This document shows positions 1 to 10,800 of a stretch of DNA of 64,000 nt, one piece after another. Made by a program: the position numbers and the translations under genes. Under the pieces are notes generated by a model. That model was not told where the DNA came from. It saw only the letters and a program-made list of their open reading frames with translations, and did not search any database. Each line of letters opens with the position of its first letter. Within the stretch, counting starts at the first letter, position 1. This DNA is from Selaginella moellendorffii (taxonomy: Eukaryota > Plantae > Lycopodiophyta). The stretch lies in contig NW_003314303.1 of assembly GCF_000143415.4 (NCBI RefSeq), forward strand, positions 496,460 to 560,459, in the 5' to 3' direction.

Positions 1-214
1 GAGAGATTTGGGAATCCGTGGATGGAAGGCTAACGCTCCGTTGCTCGTGCAGTGAGTAGCTGAAACCAAGTAGGACCAAGTAGGAGCTGGTACAATAGGC
101 GAGAACCTTGGCGAGGGAACTTAGCACAAGTCAAGGCAGTGTTGGTCGGATAGACGAGGTAAGCTGACAAATTGGAAAGGACAAAATTTGTGGCTTACAA
201 TTTGGTATCGGAGC
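1..214 (+). mobile_element. 3' part of an LTR (family L3, ends ...GGCTTACA at 199) plus tRNA-Met primer-binding site (203-214)
   Basis: LTR end is followed by TGGTATCGGAGC. The same sequence occurs reverse-complemented in the array at 59239-60814. Confidence 0.8.
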
Positions 215-399
215 CTTTTCCTCAGTTCTAGCGAAGGATAGAGGCGGATTGCTGGGAAATAGCAAAGGCAGGGCGTAAGTGAACCCAGGCGAGGGAACTT
301 AGCACAAGTCAAGGCAGTGTTGGTCGGATAGACGAGGTAAGCTGGCAAATTGGAAAGAAAAAATTTGTGGCTTATAATTTTGTATTGGTAAGTGCTAAT

Positions 400-1431
400 G
401 ACTAAGAATGATACTCATAAAATTTGTTTTTTATACACCAATTTGGTTTGTATGAGGTCTTGGTGATGCTATTCAATTTGAACAATACTTCAACGATTTT
501 CCAATAGATGATAAATGAGGTTCTTTGCAATATGCCAAAGATAACTACTAATTTCATTAATGATATCTTGATCCATTCAAAGGGGATGTGAGAAGAGCAT
601 ATCTATGATGTTCATAAGGTGTTAAATTGGTTATAGGTTGTTGGTTTAAAGCTAAAACAGTCAAAATGTATATTTGGGTCCAAAGACACAATTTATCTTA
701 GGTCCTATATTTTTTTATGAAGGTTTGCAAATTAATCATAACAAACTTGTGGCTATTTTAAAGTTTCTTACTAAGAAGTGTGTGAATGATGTGTAGTGTT
801 TTTTGGGCAAAGTGCAATATCTTGGTCATTTTGTTAATCATCTTTTGATTGCATTACACTGTTGCAAGTATTGTTAAAGTTGTTAACATCATTTTTCATC
901 TAGTCTGAGGACTGTGAATAAACATTTACAAATCTAAAAAAGCTATTAATAATTCTTTCAATTTTGGCATGTTTCATTTTACATGTGGATGCTTTGGATA
1001 TCAATCTTGACAGTGTCTTAATGCAAGAGAGTATGAGTGTGCCTTGTCAAAATCATCCCATTGCATTCATTAGCCATACATTATAATTAATAGTTTAGGG
1101 TTTCAAGAAGCTTTATATGTATTTGTATAGTTCTCGAATGTTGATAAAAGGTGATTATGCTATGGCTACTTTGTTATTAAAGTGGAAGAATTATGTTGGT
1201 TGTACTCCTTAGTGGGCTCTAAAGTTTTGATATATAATTTCAAGATTGTTCATCACCCAAAGAATTTTATAGCTGATGTTGATGTGCTTTCTCAAGCTCT
1301 TCTCCCTTCTTCTTGATAAACTAGTTATTCTAGCATTTGTTAATTTTCTAGATGAGGATTCCATGCTAACAGTAATTGTTATACTTGATATTCAAAATTC
1401 ATAAGGTGTAGAGCAAAAATTACCTTCTGTT
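400..1431 (+). pseudogene. Highly decayed Ty3/Gypsy pol fragment (RT and RNase H)
   Basis: Remnants with many stops: a YxxD-like segment near 535-570, LHVDA near 978 and a ..D.LS RNase H end near 1272-1298. It appears to continue as integrase after 20510. Confidence 0.6.
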
Positions 1432-1455
1432 AAGCTCTATTTCGTTAAAGTGGGA
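1432..1455 (+). repeat. 24-bp terminal inverted repeat, copy A
   Basis: Identical to 46505-46528 and to the reverse complement of 20486-20509 and 56690-56713. Confidence 0.95.
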
Positions 1456-2040
1456 TTTATTTAGTAAAATGGGACTAGGTACAAATTTTCAAGTATTTGA
1501 AAATGACGTGAAATTATATGTTTTTTGTCCAGGGGCTAAACATATCTGGGGCATGGTGACTAGCGCGGTGACTTTGTGTCCAGACTGAGTCCATCTGGTT
1601 GTATAATAAATCTCATTGTCAAGGTGAACAAGCCGAATCTGAAGCTAAAGAAGAGCGATGGCATGCGCGCACTGGTGAGAACATTTAGATATTATTCAAT
1701 GTTATCTTTTTCTAACGAATCTAATTGTGAAGGTGTAGCAAGAGGCATTGCTAGTCTGGAGAAGTCATTTAACTCATTTGACCCTTAGTGTATTTTCATG
1801 AAACTAAATAACATTCATATTATTAAGGAATTTCTCTAGTACCTTTTTTTTACGACATAGAGGCTTGCATTTCTTTCACAGGTGATTTAGTAAAAGGCCT
1901 GAGGGCACATGCCATTCTATTTCTCAGACCGGTATTAAGATATACTAGTGCAAAGGGCCACATGCCATCACGCCTCCTCTGATTCAGATTCGGATTGTTC
2001 ACCTTGAAATAAAATACATTAGAAACTTAGTACAGGAATA

Positions 2041-5000
2041 TTAATGAATCTCACCTTGAACCCGGGTTATGAATGCTCTTGCTGCATCTCTTGCATGGTC
2101 TGGCAAGGTGATGGTGGCACTCTGCTTCCGCATCCAACCATGCACAACATTATCCACCGATATGCTCATGCTGGGATCCCTTGGATTCAGCACCCATCTC
2201 TTTTCTAGGCAATCCTTCGTATATCCGGAACTTGGCTTGAACCACTCCACAGTTACATTGAAGGAGTTAGTTTCCGCATCCTCCTCTGCATCAGTGATGC
2301 AGCGCCCCACCCATATCATTTGTTTTTTATTACTGGGTCTGACAAGCACGACCATTCCTTTGCAGACCTGTACTGGATTGAATGCTGAATCCAGCTTCTT
2401 GTTCCTCGGCCCACAATAGTGATCCTCAACATCGTTATCTGTCACTGCATTTCCAGAGGACATTGTTCCGCTACTATCTGGTGCTCTGGGTTCTGGCCAA
2501 AAGGACTCTTCCAATTCTTCATATACAACCGGCCCATTTTGGATAGCAGATATAATCTTCTCCCAGTATTCAAGCAAAGGCTTGCACCTCTTAAAATAGG
2601 ATTCTCCACCAAACACCAACCCCCTCTTCCAGAAGGCAATATGCTGTCTAATCCCGGCCACTATACTTTCCTGGTCTTTGAGTCCATCCGGGTGCATCGG
2701 CCGTGGGGAACCCTGAGGAATCATAGGTTCCCCAGTTATGGGATCTCTCTTGAAGAGTTCAATGCCATCCACTGGCAGCCACACTGTGTCCCATTCTCTC
2801 ATCTTGTACCTCATCACTGGAGCACCGTCACGCATGCTAAAATGAAACTGAAGAGGCTTGGAGTGGCCAATCAGCGTTTCGGATCCGTCCCTGATGTAGC
2901 CTCTTACAAACCCCTTAAAGTCTGGAACCTCTGTCACAAGTGCAGCTTCAACAGTGCCTTTGATGCAATTTTGGAATTCATCGTAGAGTTGTGGGAGGGT
3001 GAGGACATTGGATCGCCGGAGGGACTCTGCCAGGTGACTGAACATGGCATCGACATCTTCATGAGTGTGCCCAACCATGAGAAAGCCAAGTGTAACCGTT
3101 TCAAATATGCCTTTGGCAACAAGCATCGCCAAGTACGCGAAGACGTACATGTTTTTGTTCTCACTGCCAGCATTGTCTGTTTGGAGCAGAAGATGGGGTG
3201 GAAGGCCACATCGGCCGCAAGAACTTCCTTGAGATTCTGCTTCGTTTGGATGAGGCTGTGCATTCACCGGGCGACCAGCCTCGTCGGAATGGCATGAGGC
3301 CTCACGTGATAACCCTACAATCTGACGGCCAACATATTCACTGGGATGGCATGGGGCCCCACGCGATACTGCAAGCCTTTGCTCCTCCTCCAGCTGAACC
3401 CTGTATGGGGTTCGATCAACAAGGGCCTTATGCAAGGGTTGGCCGTTTAGCTCAGTCTGCGCACTTTGCAGAGACCTTAAGTGTTTTGCTAGGGACGCAA
3501 TCATCATGTTTGCACCCCCGCCACCCCATAGAGGTACAAAGAAGTTCCCATAGTTCTGGGCACCATGCCCATGAGCGATTATGCCAAACAGAGACACAGG
3601 CAGCTGCATGGATGAAGAGATTGCCTTGGGGGCAGGATTGAGTCGAGGTAAGCACGTCTTTTTCTGGTCCATTTTGTCGTGGATGATGCAGAGGTAAGAG
3701 TCAGGTCTCTCCATGGAGAGAATCCTGTTATGATAATATGCAGTCCTGCAGCTTCTCTGCTCGATGTTGTGGTCGAGCCGCCTTCTAACCAACGTCTCTC
3801 GCTCTTGAGCGCTGCAAGAATTCTTCGACAAAGCCATTTTGATAGCAGTGCACTCGTCACACTTTGAAAAGCTGGAGTACTTTCCTATACTCACATCCCT
3901 GAACCTGTTGCTCCACAATCTACTAAATCTAGATTGGCTCAGCTTCCTGTAGCCATTACTCTGGAGTTCCCGATTCACATCTTCTAATATGGCCCCCTTG
4001 GTATACATGGAAGGGAGAACTCGTTGGGTGTCTCGTGTTCCATCTTCCAAGAGGCGGGTTTTATGTGGTTGCTGCTCGCTACATGTCTCGACAAACCTCT
4101 TGAAGATTGCCTCTCCATATACAACATGACCCCTGGTTTTGTGCGTACCGTCGTTCCCATGGACTGCCTGTTGAACCCTTTGTTCCTCGAACTCAGTTTT
4201 GATTCTGTAGAATGTGGTTCGAGGGACTCCATAAATGATTCTCCATGCCTTCATGCAGACCAAACCCCTCTGGAAGACCATGCCCCCCACCTGATGTTCT
4301 GAAGCATCAACAGATGACCGTAATGCCTCATACACAAAATTGCGAGCTGCCTTCCAGGACAATGTCTTGTATCTTGCTCTCTCCTCTTCAATAGCATCCC
4401 AATCAGCATGTTGACAGCACCTCCTCTTGCAACAAGCAACTGTCGAGACCATTCGAACCTCCATCGCCATTTTCTGCCTTTTCGGTTCGTTGCTCAGATC
4501 CCTTTGGCTGCGCTGTAGGAAGGTGTACTTTCTTTTCCCATGAAGAGATGTTCTGTCATCAGTTGTAGTGGTGTTTGATTGTGAATCCTTCACATTCTCA
4601 AACACTAAATGCCTCAATTTCCACCGCACAATGCTTCCAATAGTCAGACTATTTTCTTCTGTGTCAACAACCTCTAAAATTGCAACTCCAATATCATCCC
4701 AGCCCAATTCTTGATTAGCAACCGCATCTCTTGGATCGACAACTGTGGCTAAGCCCTCAGCTACCACCTCCCCCTCGGGGTTGTTTAGAAACACCTTTGC
4801 CTGAATCCATGTAGCACGGTTCTTAAGATCCACGGAGGGAACATGCATCGCACTTGCGCTATCCCCAACATCTGCTTTCTTCTGCAGATTTTTCAAGGCA
4901 ACAACAACATTTACCCCGACGACCATCTCTCCTCGTTCAATAGCAACCACAATCCCATCGAAGACAGTCTCTACTGATACAGCAGCATTGCCTTCCCCAA

Positions 5001-5109
5001 GCCTTTGACAGTGTATAACAAAGTTCCGATCCATAGACACAAGGGTCCCTTTTGCAACTCTCTTCCCACCATTCAAAATGTAAACCTTTTCCCCAACCCT
5101 AAAGGCCAT
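2041..5109 (-). CDS. Sola-like (DUF7869-type) DDD transposase, 1022 aa, uninterrupted; true C-terminus probably spliced to ...RVQGEQSESESEEA via a 52-nt intron
   Basis: Catalytic-type motifs IIHDKMDQ, LQTDNAGSENKN and FLMVGHTHEDVDAMFS. Cys clusters CCKRRCC and FSKCDEC. Lies between TIRs. The 3' intron CAAG|GTGAGA...TTTCAAG|GT is visible at 19807-19858 in copy B. Confidence 0.88.
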   Translation of the reverse strand: MAFRVGEKVYILNGGKRVAKGTLVSMDRNFVIHCQRLGEGNAAVSVETVFDGIVVAIERGEMVVGVNVVVALKNLQKKADVGDSASAMHVPSVDLKNRATWIQAKVFLNNPEGEVVAEGLATVVDPRDAVANQELGWDDIGVAILEVVDTEENSLTIGSIVRWKLRHLVFENVKDSQSNTTTTDDRTSLHGKRKYTFLQRSQRDLSNEPKRQKMAMEVRMVSTVACCKRRCCQHADWDAIEEERARYKTLSWKAARNFVYEALRSSVDASEHQVGGMVFQRGLVCMKAWRIIYGVPRTTFYRIKTEFEEQRVQQAVHGNDGTHKTRGHVVYGEAIFKRFVETCSEQQPHKTRLLEDGTRDTQRVLPSMYTKGAILEDVNRELQSNGYRKLSQSRFSRLWSNRFRDVSIGKYSSFSKCDECTAIKMALSKNSCSAQERETLVRRRLDHNIEQRSCRTAYYHNRILSMERPDSYLCIIHDKMDQKKTCLPRLNPAPKAISSSMQLPVSLFGIIAHGHGAQNYGNFFVPLWGGGGANMMIASLAKHLRSLQSAQTELNGQPLHKALVDRTPYRVQLEEEQRLAVSRGAPCHPSEYVGRQIVGLSREASCHSDEAGRPVNAQPHPNEAESQGSSCGRCGLPPHLLLQTDNAGSENKNMYVFAYLAMLVAKGIFETVTLGFLMVGHTHEDVDAMFSHLAESLRRSNVLTLPQLYDEFQNCIKGTVEAALVTEVPDFKGFVRGYIRDGSETLIGHSKPLQFHFSMRDGAPVMRYKMREWDTVWLPVDGIELFKRDPITGEPMIPQGSPRPMHPDGLKDQESIVAGIRQHIAFWKRGLVFGGESYFKRCKPLLEYWEKIISAIQNGPVVYEELEESFWPEPRAPDSSGTMSSGNAVTDNDVEDHYCGPRNKKLDSAFNPVQVCKGMVVLVRPSNKKQMIWVGRCITDAEEDAETNSFNVTVEWFKPSSGYTKDCLEKRWVLNPRDPSMSISVDNVVHGWMRKQSATITLPDHARDAARAFITRVQGEIH

Positions 5110-5297
5110 TCTGAAAGTGCAGAAAAGAAGTTAAGACCATACAAAAAATGATTGGAGAATGGCCTAAATCATAACATACCAAACAACCTCAATAGCATGA
5201 GGCCACATGCCATTATTCAAACATGCTATTGACACCCACGTGAAATTTCGCATTCACAAAATTGGCATGAGCCCTCATGCCATTAGTGGTACCACTA

Positions 5298-5489
5298 ATG
5301 GCATGAGGCCTCACGCTATCTTTGGCCTCTGCTAGCCTGTTCCTATATTCCTTTTGCCTTGTTGCAACTGTATATATTTTTGTGTGCGTGACTAGTCACC
5401 CATACAAAAATATATACAGTTGCAGCAAGGCAAAAGGAATATGGCAATAGGCTAGCAGGGGCCAAAGATGGCATGAGGCCTCATGCCAT
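5298..5489. repeat. 192-bp near-perfect palindrome (96-bp arms) upstream of the transposase ATG
   Basis: Symmetric about GTGACT|AGTCAC (5393/5394) with no indels and about 9 mismatches by eye. Each end is a 22-bp palindrome unit. Confidence 0.9.
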
Positions 5490-5681
5490 CTTGATATACA
5501 CACAGCTGCAGGCAAGTAAAAACATACATGACAATACGCTAGCCATGAAATTGCAAGGGCCCAAGATGGCATGTGGCCTCATGCCATTTCTAAATGTGGT
5601 CCTAAACCATTCCATGGTGAACATACCAGGAAGCACAAGTGCCAAATATCAAGAGGAAGCGGTAGCCACACCAAAGACAGT

Positions 5682-5805
5682 GCCGCTCGCAACACCGCAA
5701 CTACTCGTAGCGCCGCTCGCAACACCGCAACTGCTCGTAGCGCCGCTCGCACAAACTGCCACTCGCATAAACTGCCGCTCGCAATGGCGCTCGCAATGCC
5801 GCAAC
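5682..5805. repeat. CG-rich 30-bp tandem repeat (GCCGCTCGCAACACCGCAACTRCTCGTAGC x~2.3 plus partial units)
   Basis: Direct repeats at 5682, 5712 and 5742. Also present in copies B (16320-16440) and C (52330-52450). Confidence 0.8.
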
Positions 5806-7800
5806 CACTTGTAGACGCATAAACCACAGCTCACAACGCCGCTTACACAAGCAGTGCTCACTGCGCTCAGTGGAACCAAGAACACGGCGCACAAAAATGA
5901 TAGACCTAGGAATGAGTTCGAGAATTCAAAAATAACACATGCTTGAACGTCACATCAAATCCTCTGACAAACCAGATCTTATGATTCCTCTGACAAATTT
6001 CAAACTGAGTAGCTTCTAGACTTTGCTGTCGGAGGTTGAACTTTGTCACATCATGTCCTTGCCTCGATCCAGCTGTGCCATGTCAGTGATTCGAACTTTG
6101 CCATGCCATGTCAGCGATCCGCGCCAAGATTATTCACCGTGTAAAGGAATAATTATGCTGTGTGTGTACGTCCATTTATGGCAATATAAGGCCACGCGCC
6201 ATTCAAAGAATAATGCTAGTCGAGCATTTTTTGGTGCATTTTTGGGTTCAAAATTGCATGAGCCCACACGTTATAAAGTTTACCTGTACCAAAAATAGAA
6301 ACAGCTTTATTTACTTGGGAATTTAAGTGGTTGAGGCATTTTTAAACTTACAAACACATGCCCTACTTACATTCATTTGGTTGCTTAAAATTCAAAAATA
6401 TTATAAACCTTTCTTTTTGCATTTTCAATGTTTTCAATTATGGTTTTTGATTTTCGCAGGACCAGCCTAGTAATCTATTTGCATCCCGTCATGTTTATAG
6501 CTAGCTTTCGTTTGTCCCCTTCTCTAGCCTGAGATACATCTGCTCGGAATCTGCCTCTTACAGCATTTGCCCAGAAAGGGCATCATTCTTCACGCAGCAT
6601 TTGCCACATGTTTAGGGTCACAATGCCCCTAGGACAATAAACACATTTCAATAGAGAGGGTCCTTTCATTTCATAACTCCTTATGTAGATCTTGGTGAAA
6701 CCAGAGTTAGTGAAGTTGGTTTCTTGTGATCCCACATCTGATTGTGATGTCCCTTTGCAGTGTTGATGGAAAGGTCAATGCACACCAAACTGTAGAATCT
6801 TGGAGCAAAATAACGGTCGGATCTATGGCAAATGCCCCTGAAACATTGTAAGGCTCGTGTGGTCTCATGTGGTGTTCGATCGAGATGCTTCTTTGCAGGG
6901 TCATCAAGAAGGACATTGTATACCATTCTGTAAAATCTAGTTGCGATCTAACGGTTGGATCTCCAGGAAACTCAAAACAATCTCGCGCATGTCAGAATAT
7001 TCTAGGAATATACTCCTATGTGCTCCTGAAAATGGCATGCGGCCCCACGCCATTCAAGAGATAACGCCAGATGATGCCGAGCATTTTTTGGTGCATTTTT
7101 TGGGATTAAAATTGCATGAGCCCACACGCTTGAACGTCACATGAAATCCTCTGACAATTTATTTAGCTGAACATCTGGCATTTTTGGAAATACAAGATGC
7201 TTTGGAATATCCAATCATGCATGGTATAAATATAGCGAGGGTATTAAATGATATCTCAATCATGATCTTTCTTTTGGATTTTGCGTGCATGCAGTCCGAG
7301 GAATGATGACGTTGCGGATTTCTTTTGGATTTCACGCATGCGCGCGCCGATCCAGAAATTAATGGTGGCGCCCAAGTCCGAGGAATGATGATGTGGCGGG
7401 ATTACCAACCGTCGTGAAATTTCGCGCGTGTGAGGTTAGGTTTTGCATTTTGCTTCGTACTCGCGCTCGCACACTCGCGCTCGCATCGCGCTCCCACTCG
7501 CGCTCCCACTTCTCTACAGGTTTCTTGTGTGCATCGGCGTCCACTCGCGCTTGCATCACACTCGCGCTCACATCGCGCTCGTGTGCATCGGCGTCCACTT
7601 CAAGACACACCCAGTTTGTAACTTCGCCGCCAACTCCGCCGCCCACTCCGCCACCCACACGCAGCCCACTTGGCGTCCCGGGAGATTTCAGCGCCACTCT
7701 CCAACTGTAAGTGGCAGAGTAGCCTTGCTCCTACGATCCGCTGCACACACAGTGCACATTCGCCAGCGAGTCCGGTTGTCACGCCTCCATTCGGCTTCAA

Positions 7801-10800
7801 ATGGTAAGTCTTTTAGGCCAAGTAGAAAATGGCATGAGGCCACATGCCATTCAGTAGCAACATTGGCATGCACCGATTGGGCTCTCGAGTGCAGTCCGGT
7901 TAAGATGGCGTGTAGCCTCACGCCATCTTAGGATGCAGCCTCAAGACATCTGATGCAGTGGTGAATGGTGTGTGGCCTCACGTTATTTCCAGCTCCTAGC
8001 TTTTCATCTGTCAGCTCTAATTGTTGTGCATTTCTGAACAGGCGAGGAATTGCGTTCTTCTTTCAGCCACTGTCAATGTGGATGCAGAGAAGGGGGAGGA
8101 GCTCACCAGTTGGACTTTCGGGATGGAAGGCGAGGATCTGAGGCTATACAACACAGATGGTGGGAGAAAAGAATGCATGGGGATCCTCATCCAAGTGACA
8201 GACACTCCATGCAGTTCCATGCAAGAATATGGACTGGCACTTGTGGTAGAGACAGCGTCTGCCTTCAAGATCCACCTTGCACATCCTAGCGGCTTCCCGG
8301 AGGGGGGCAGCGGCTATGAGGAATTCCTAGAGGGAGCTAGAGAGAGGTTGTCCAGGAGGCCTACAATTTCAAAGATGCTGCGGGTCTATGAAGATCACAT
8401 GGAATCCACGGACCTCACCTACGGCGATGTTCAAAAACTATATTCCAACATTGAGCCGTTGAGAGTGACTCCAGTTTGCGAAGCAAAGGGGAAGGGGGTC
8501 GATCTGGAAACTACCTCGAAGCAGAAAAGGGTGGTCAAGCTCAAGCCAACGTCCGACTCTCCTGCTCCAAAAAAGAAGCTACTCCGTGATGCCATTGCCT
8601 CGGGTTCGAACACTACACCCACCAAAAAGAAGAGCCGCAAAGAGCAGAAAGAGCAAGAAGAGGCAGCAAAAATCGTCGCAGATAATAGTACTTATTACTA
8701 TTCCAACAAAGTATATACAATCGACGTGAGCCGTATCGACATCCAAAGCAAATACAACCACAGGCTAGTATCTGATGAGTGGGTGGAGAAACTGAAGCAG
8801 AAGATGCTGGCAAGTCCAGTAACACCCGACATCGCAGACGTGATCCCCTACTACCGAACAATGAAGGGCGAGACGAGGTTTCCAGACTTGATCAATAGGA
8901 AGGTGTTGGACGATCAGAACATCCGGTTCTATGCTGTCTCCGGGCAGCATTCTAGCTTGGCGATGCAAAAGATAGTTGTGGATATTATGGTGGGCGAGGA
9001 GGTGAAGAAAGTCTTCAAGACAAGAGTTGTCCGCCTGATAAAAGGCAACTCGATAAAAGGCAACAAGCCATCCAGCCTGAGCAGCCTATGGAAGAAATGC
9101 AGGAGGGGGATGAGGAGCCAGAGAAAGATAATGAGCAGGAAGAGCAGAAGGACGAAGAGGAGGACAAAGAAGAGGAGGACGAAGAAGAGGAGGACGAAGA
9201 GGACTTGGATGGTCCTCACAATGGTGACGATCACAATAACGACGACCACAATGATGACGACGATGGCCAGCCTGAGGTGGCCAAAGAGCGGCGGAGGAAG
9301 GTCATACAAGACAAACCATCAGGTAAATAATAATACATCCATTCCTAACCTTTTACCATTTCTAACATTGTCCATGTAGGTCGCAGAGCAAATGGTAAGT
9401 AGAGATTATTCAGTTGAATTTACAAACTCTAGCCTTTAGTGTCGAGGAAGGATAGTGCCAAGCAAGGGTCAAAACGTATGTCCAATCCTTCAGAATCAGC
9501 AGTGCGCTCAAGTGATATCGGTCCTAGTTCCTCAATAGCAGTTGATGGTAAATACAGTATAGTCGATTCAATGTGCTAATGAGTTTGTTTTTAGTAGCAC
9601 GGGAGGATACCATCTCAATCGAAGGGAGATATTTGGACATGCATATGGATCCGCCAGTGGACTCTACTTGGCTGCAAGAGTCATCAGAGCTGGTGGAGGC
9701 TACTATCCATATCAACGCCAAGCAAGCTGACCACGCTCCACTTGATGCTGCCCATACCACTGAGTCAATCTTGTCCACGTATCCAACTGACGGTGACCAG
9801 GCGCCATTGGACCCACATGAGGCCGCCCCAGCCGCCAAGCCGGTCGTATCCTCATTTCCAACGGACTCAACGTGTGCCCAATCGTCTGACTACGCGCCGT
9901 TGGAACCTCCCTACACCGCCCCTGCTGCCTGTTCGGTCATGTCCACTTTGCCAACGGAGGCACCAGCTGAAATGGCGTGTGATCACACGCCATCGGAACC
10001 ACCCCATGCCACTGTTGAGCCAGTTGTACCAGAGTCTACAGCTGAAATGGCATGTGCCCACACGCCATCAGATGCGATTGACCCCACATTGCAGAGGAGA
10101 GTATTTCTGCCCTTCACGTTTCCTCGACCAAAACCCTCTCAACGACCATCGGGAGCAACATTCGCTAATATTGTAGATGGTAAAATTGACTTGTACCATT
10201 TTTTATGCTGACGCATTTCATTTCAGAGTCACGGCGAAGGTACTGTATCGTTTTTGATCTGAACGGTGTCCTTTTCTCCCATGAGCGTGGCTCGTCCTCA
10301 AATGTCATTGCACCCTCCAAAGCCTGCGGTCGCAAGTTGGTCAAAAGAGACAGATTCACATTAATCACACGGGAGAAACTGCGGGATCTAATAATGACCA
10401 TGCGACACTTAAAACAGAGGGCCGGGTTCAATTTGCAATTGGGAGTTTGGACATCCATGATGCGCCACAATGCATTAACGTTGCTACAGATGATGCACGA
10501 TCAGACGCGAGTAATATTACCATTTGACTTTCTCCTAACGCAGGAGGATTGCTTGACTATGGTCCATGTGAGGGGTAGCAAGCCCATCTTCGTCAAGCCA
10601 GAGGCTGTAATGATGAACCGGACTGCTAGCTCAAGTGAAATCCTCATCATCGATGACTCGCCGATTAAAACTGCAGCGAACACGCACACATATGCAGTGC
10701 ACCCCATCTCTTGCAGTATGGAAACTAGGGAGAAGAAACCGTATGTTCTGGGGGACCTTGCAAAACGGCTTGGAGCGATGGTGATAGAGAACCGGCCAGT

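Noticed and set aside
2419-3297. 292-aa ORF antisense to the transposase
   Set aside because: It lies wholly opposite a real CDS and has no motifs. Recurrence in other copies only reflects their near identity.
5192-5587. Clustered palindromic repeats resembling a CRISPR array
   Set aside because: Spacing is irregular, the intervening DNA is itself palindromic or genic, there are no cas genes, and the context is eukaryotic.
6681-6926. 81-aa ORF in the intergenic centre as a third element gene
   Set aside because: It is short with no recognisable motif, and the copies are too similar for conservation to be informative. It cannot be excluded as an exon without RNA data.
8929-9309. Hydrophobic membrane-protein-like ORF on the minus strand (also 12747-13127 and 48726-49106)
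   Set aside because: It is the antisense shadow of the purine-rich acidic exon.
9050-9379. K/R/T-rich C-terminus of the 452-aa ORF as a protamine-like domain
   Set aside because: It is the shifted reading of the GAG/GAC acidic tract, and the acidic frame is the one that splices in phase to downstream exons.
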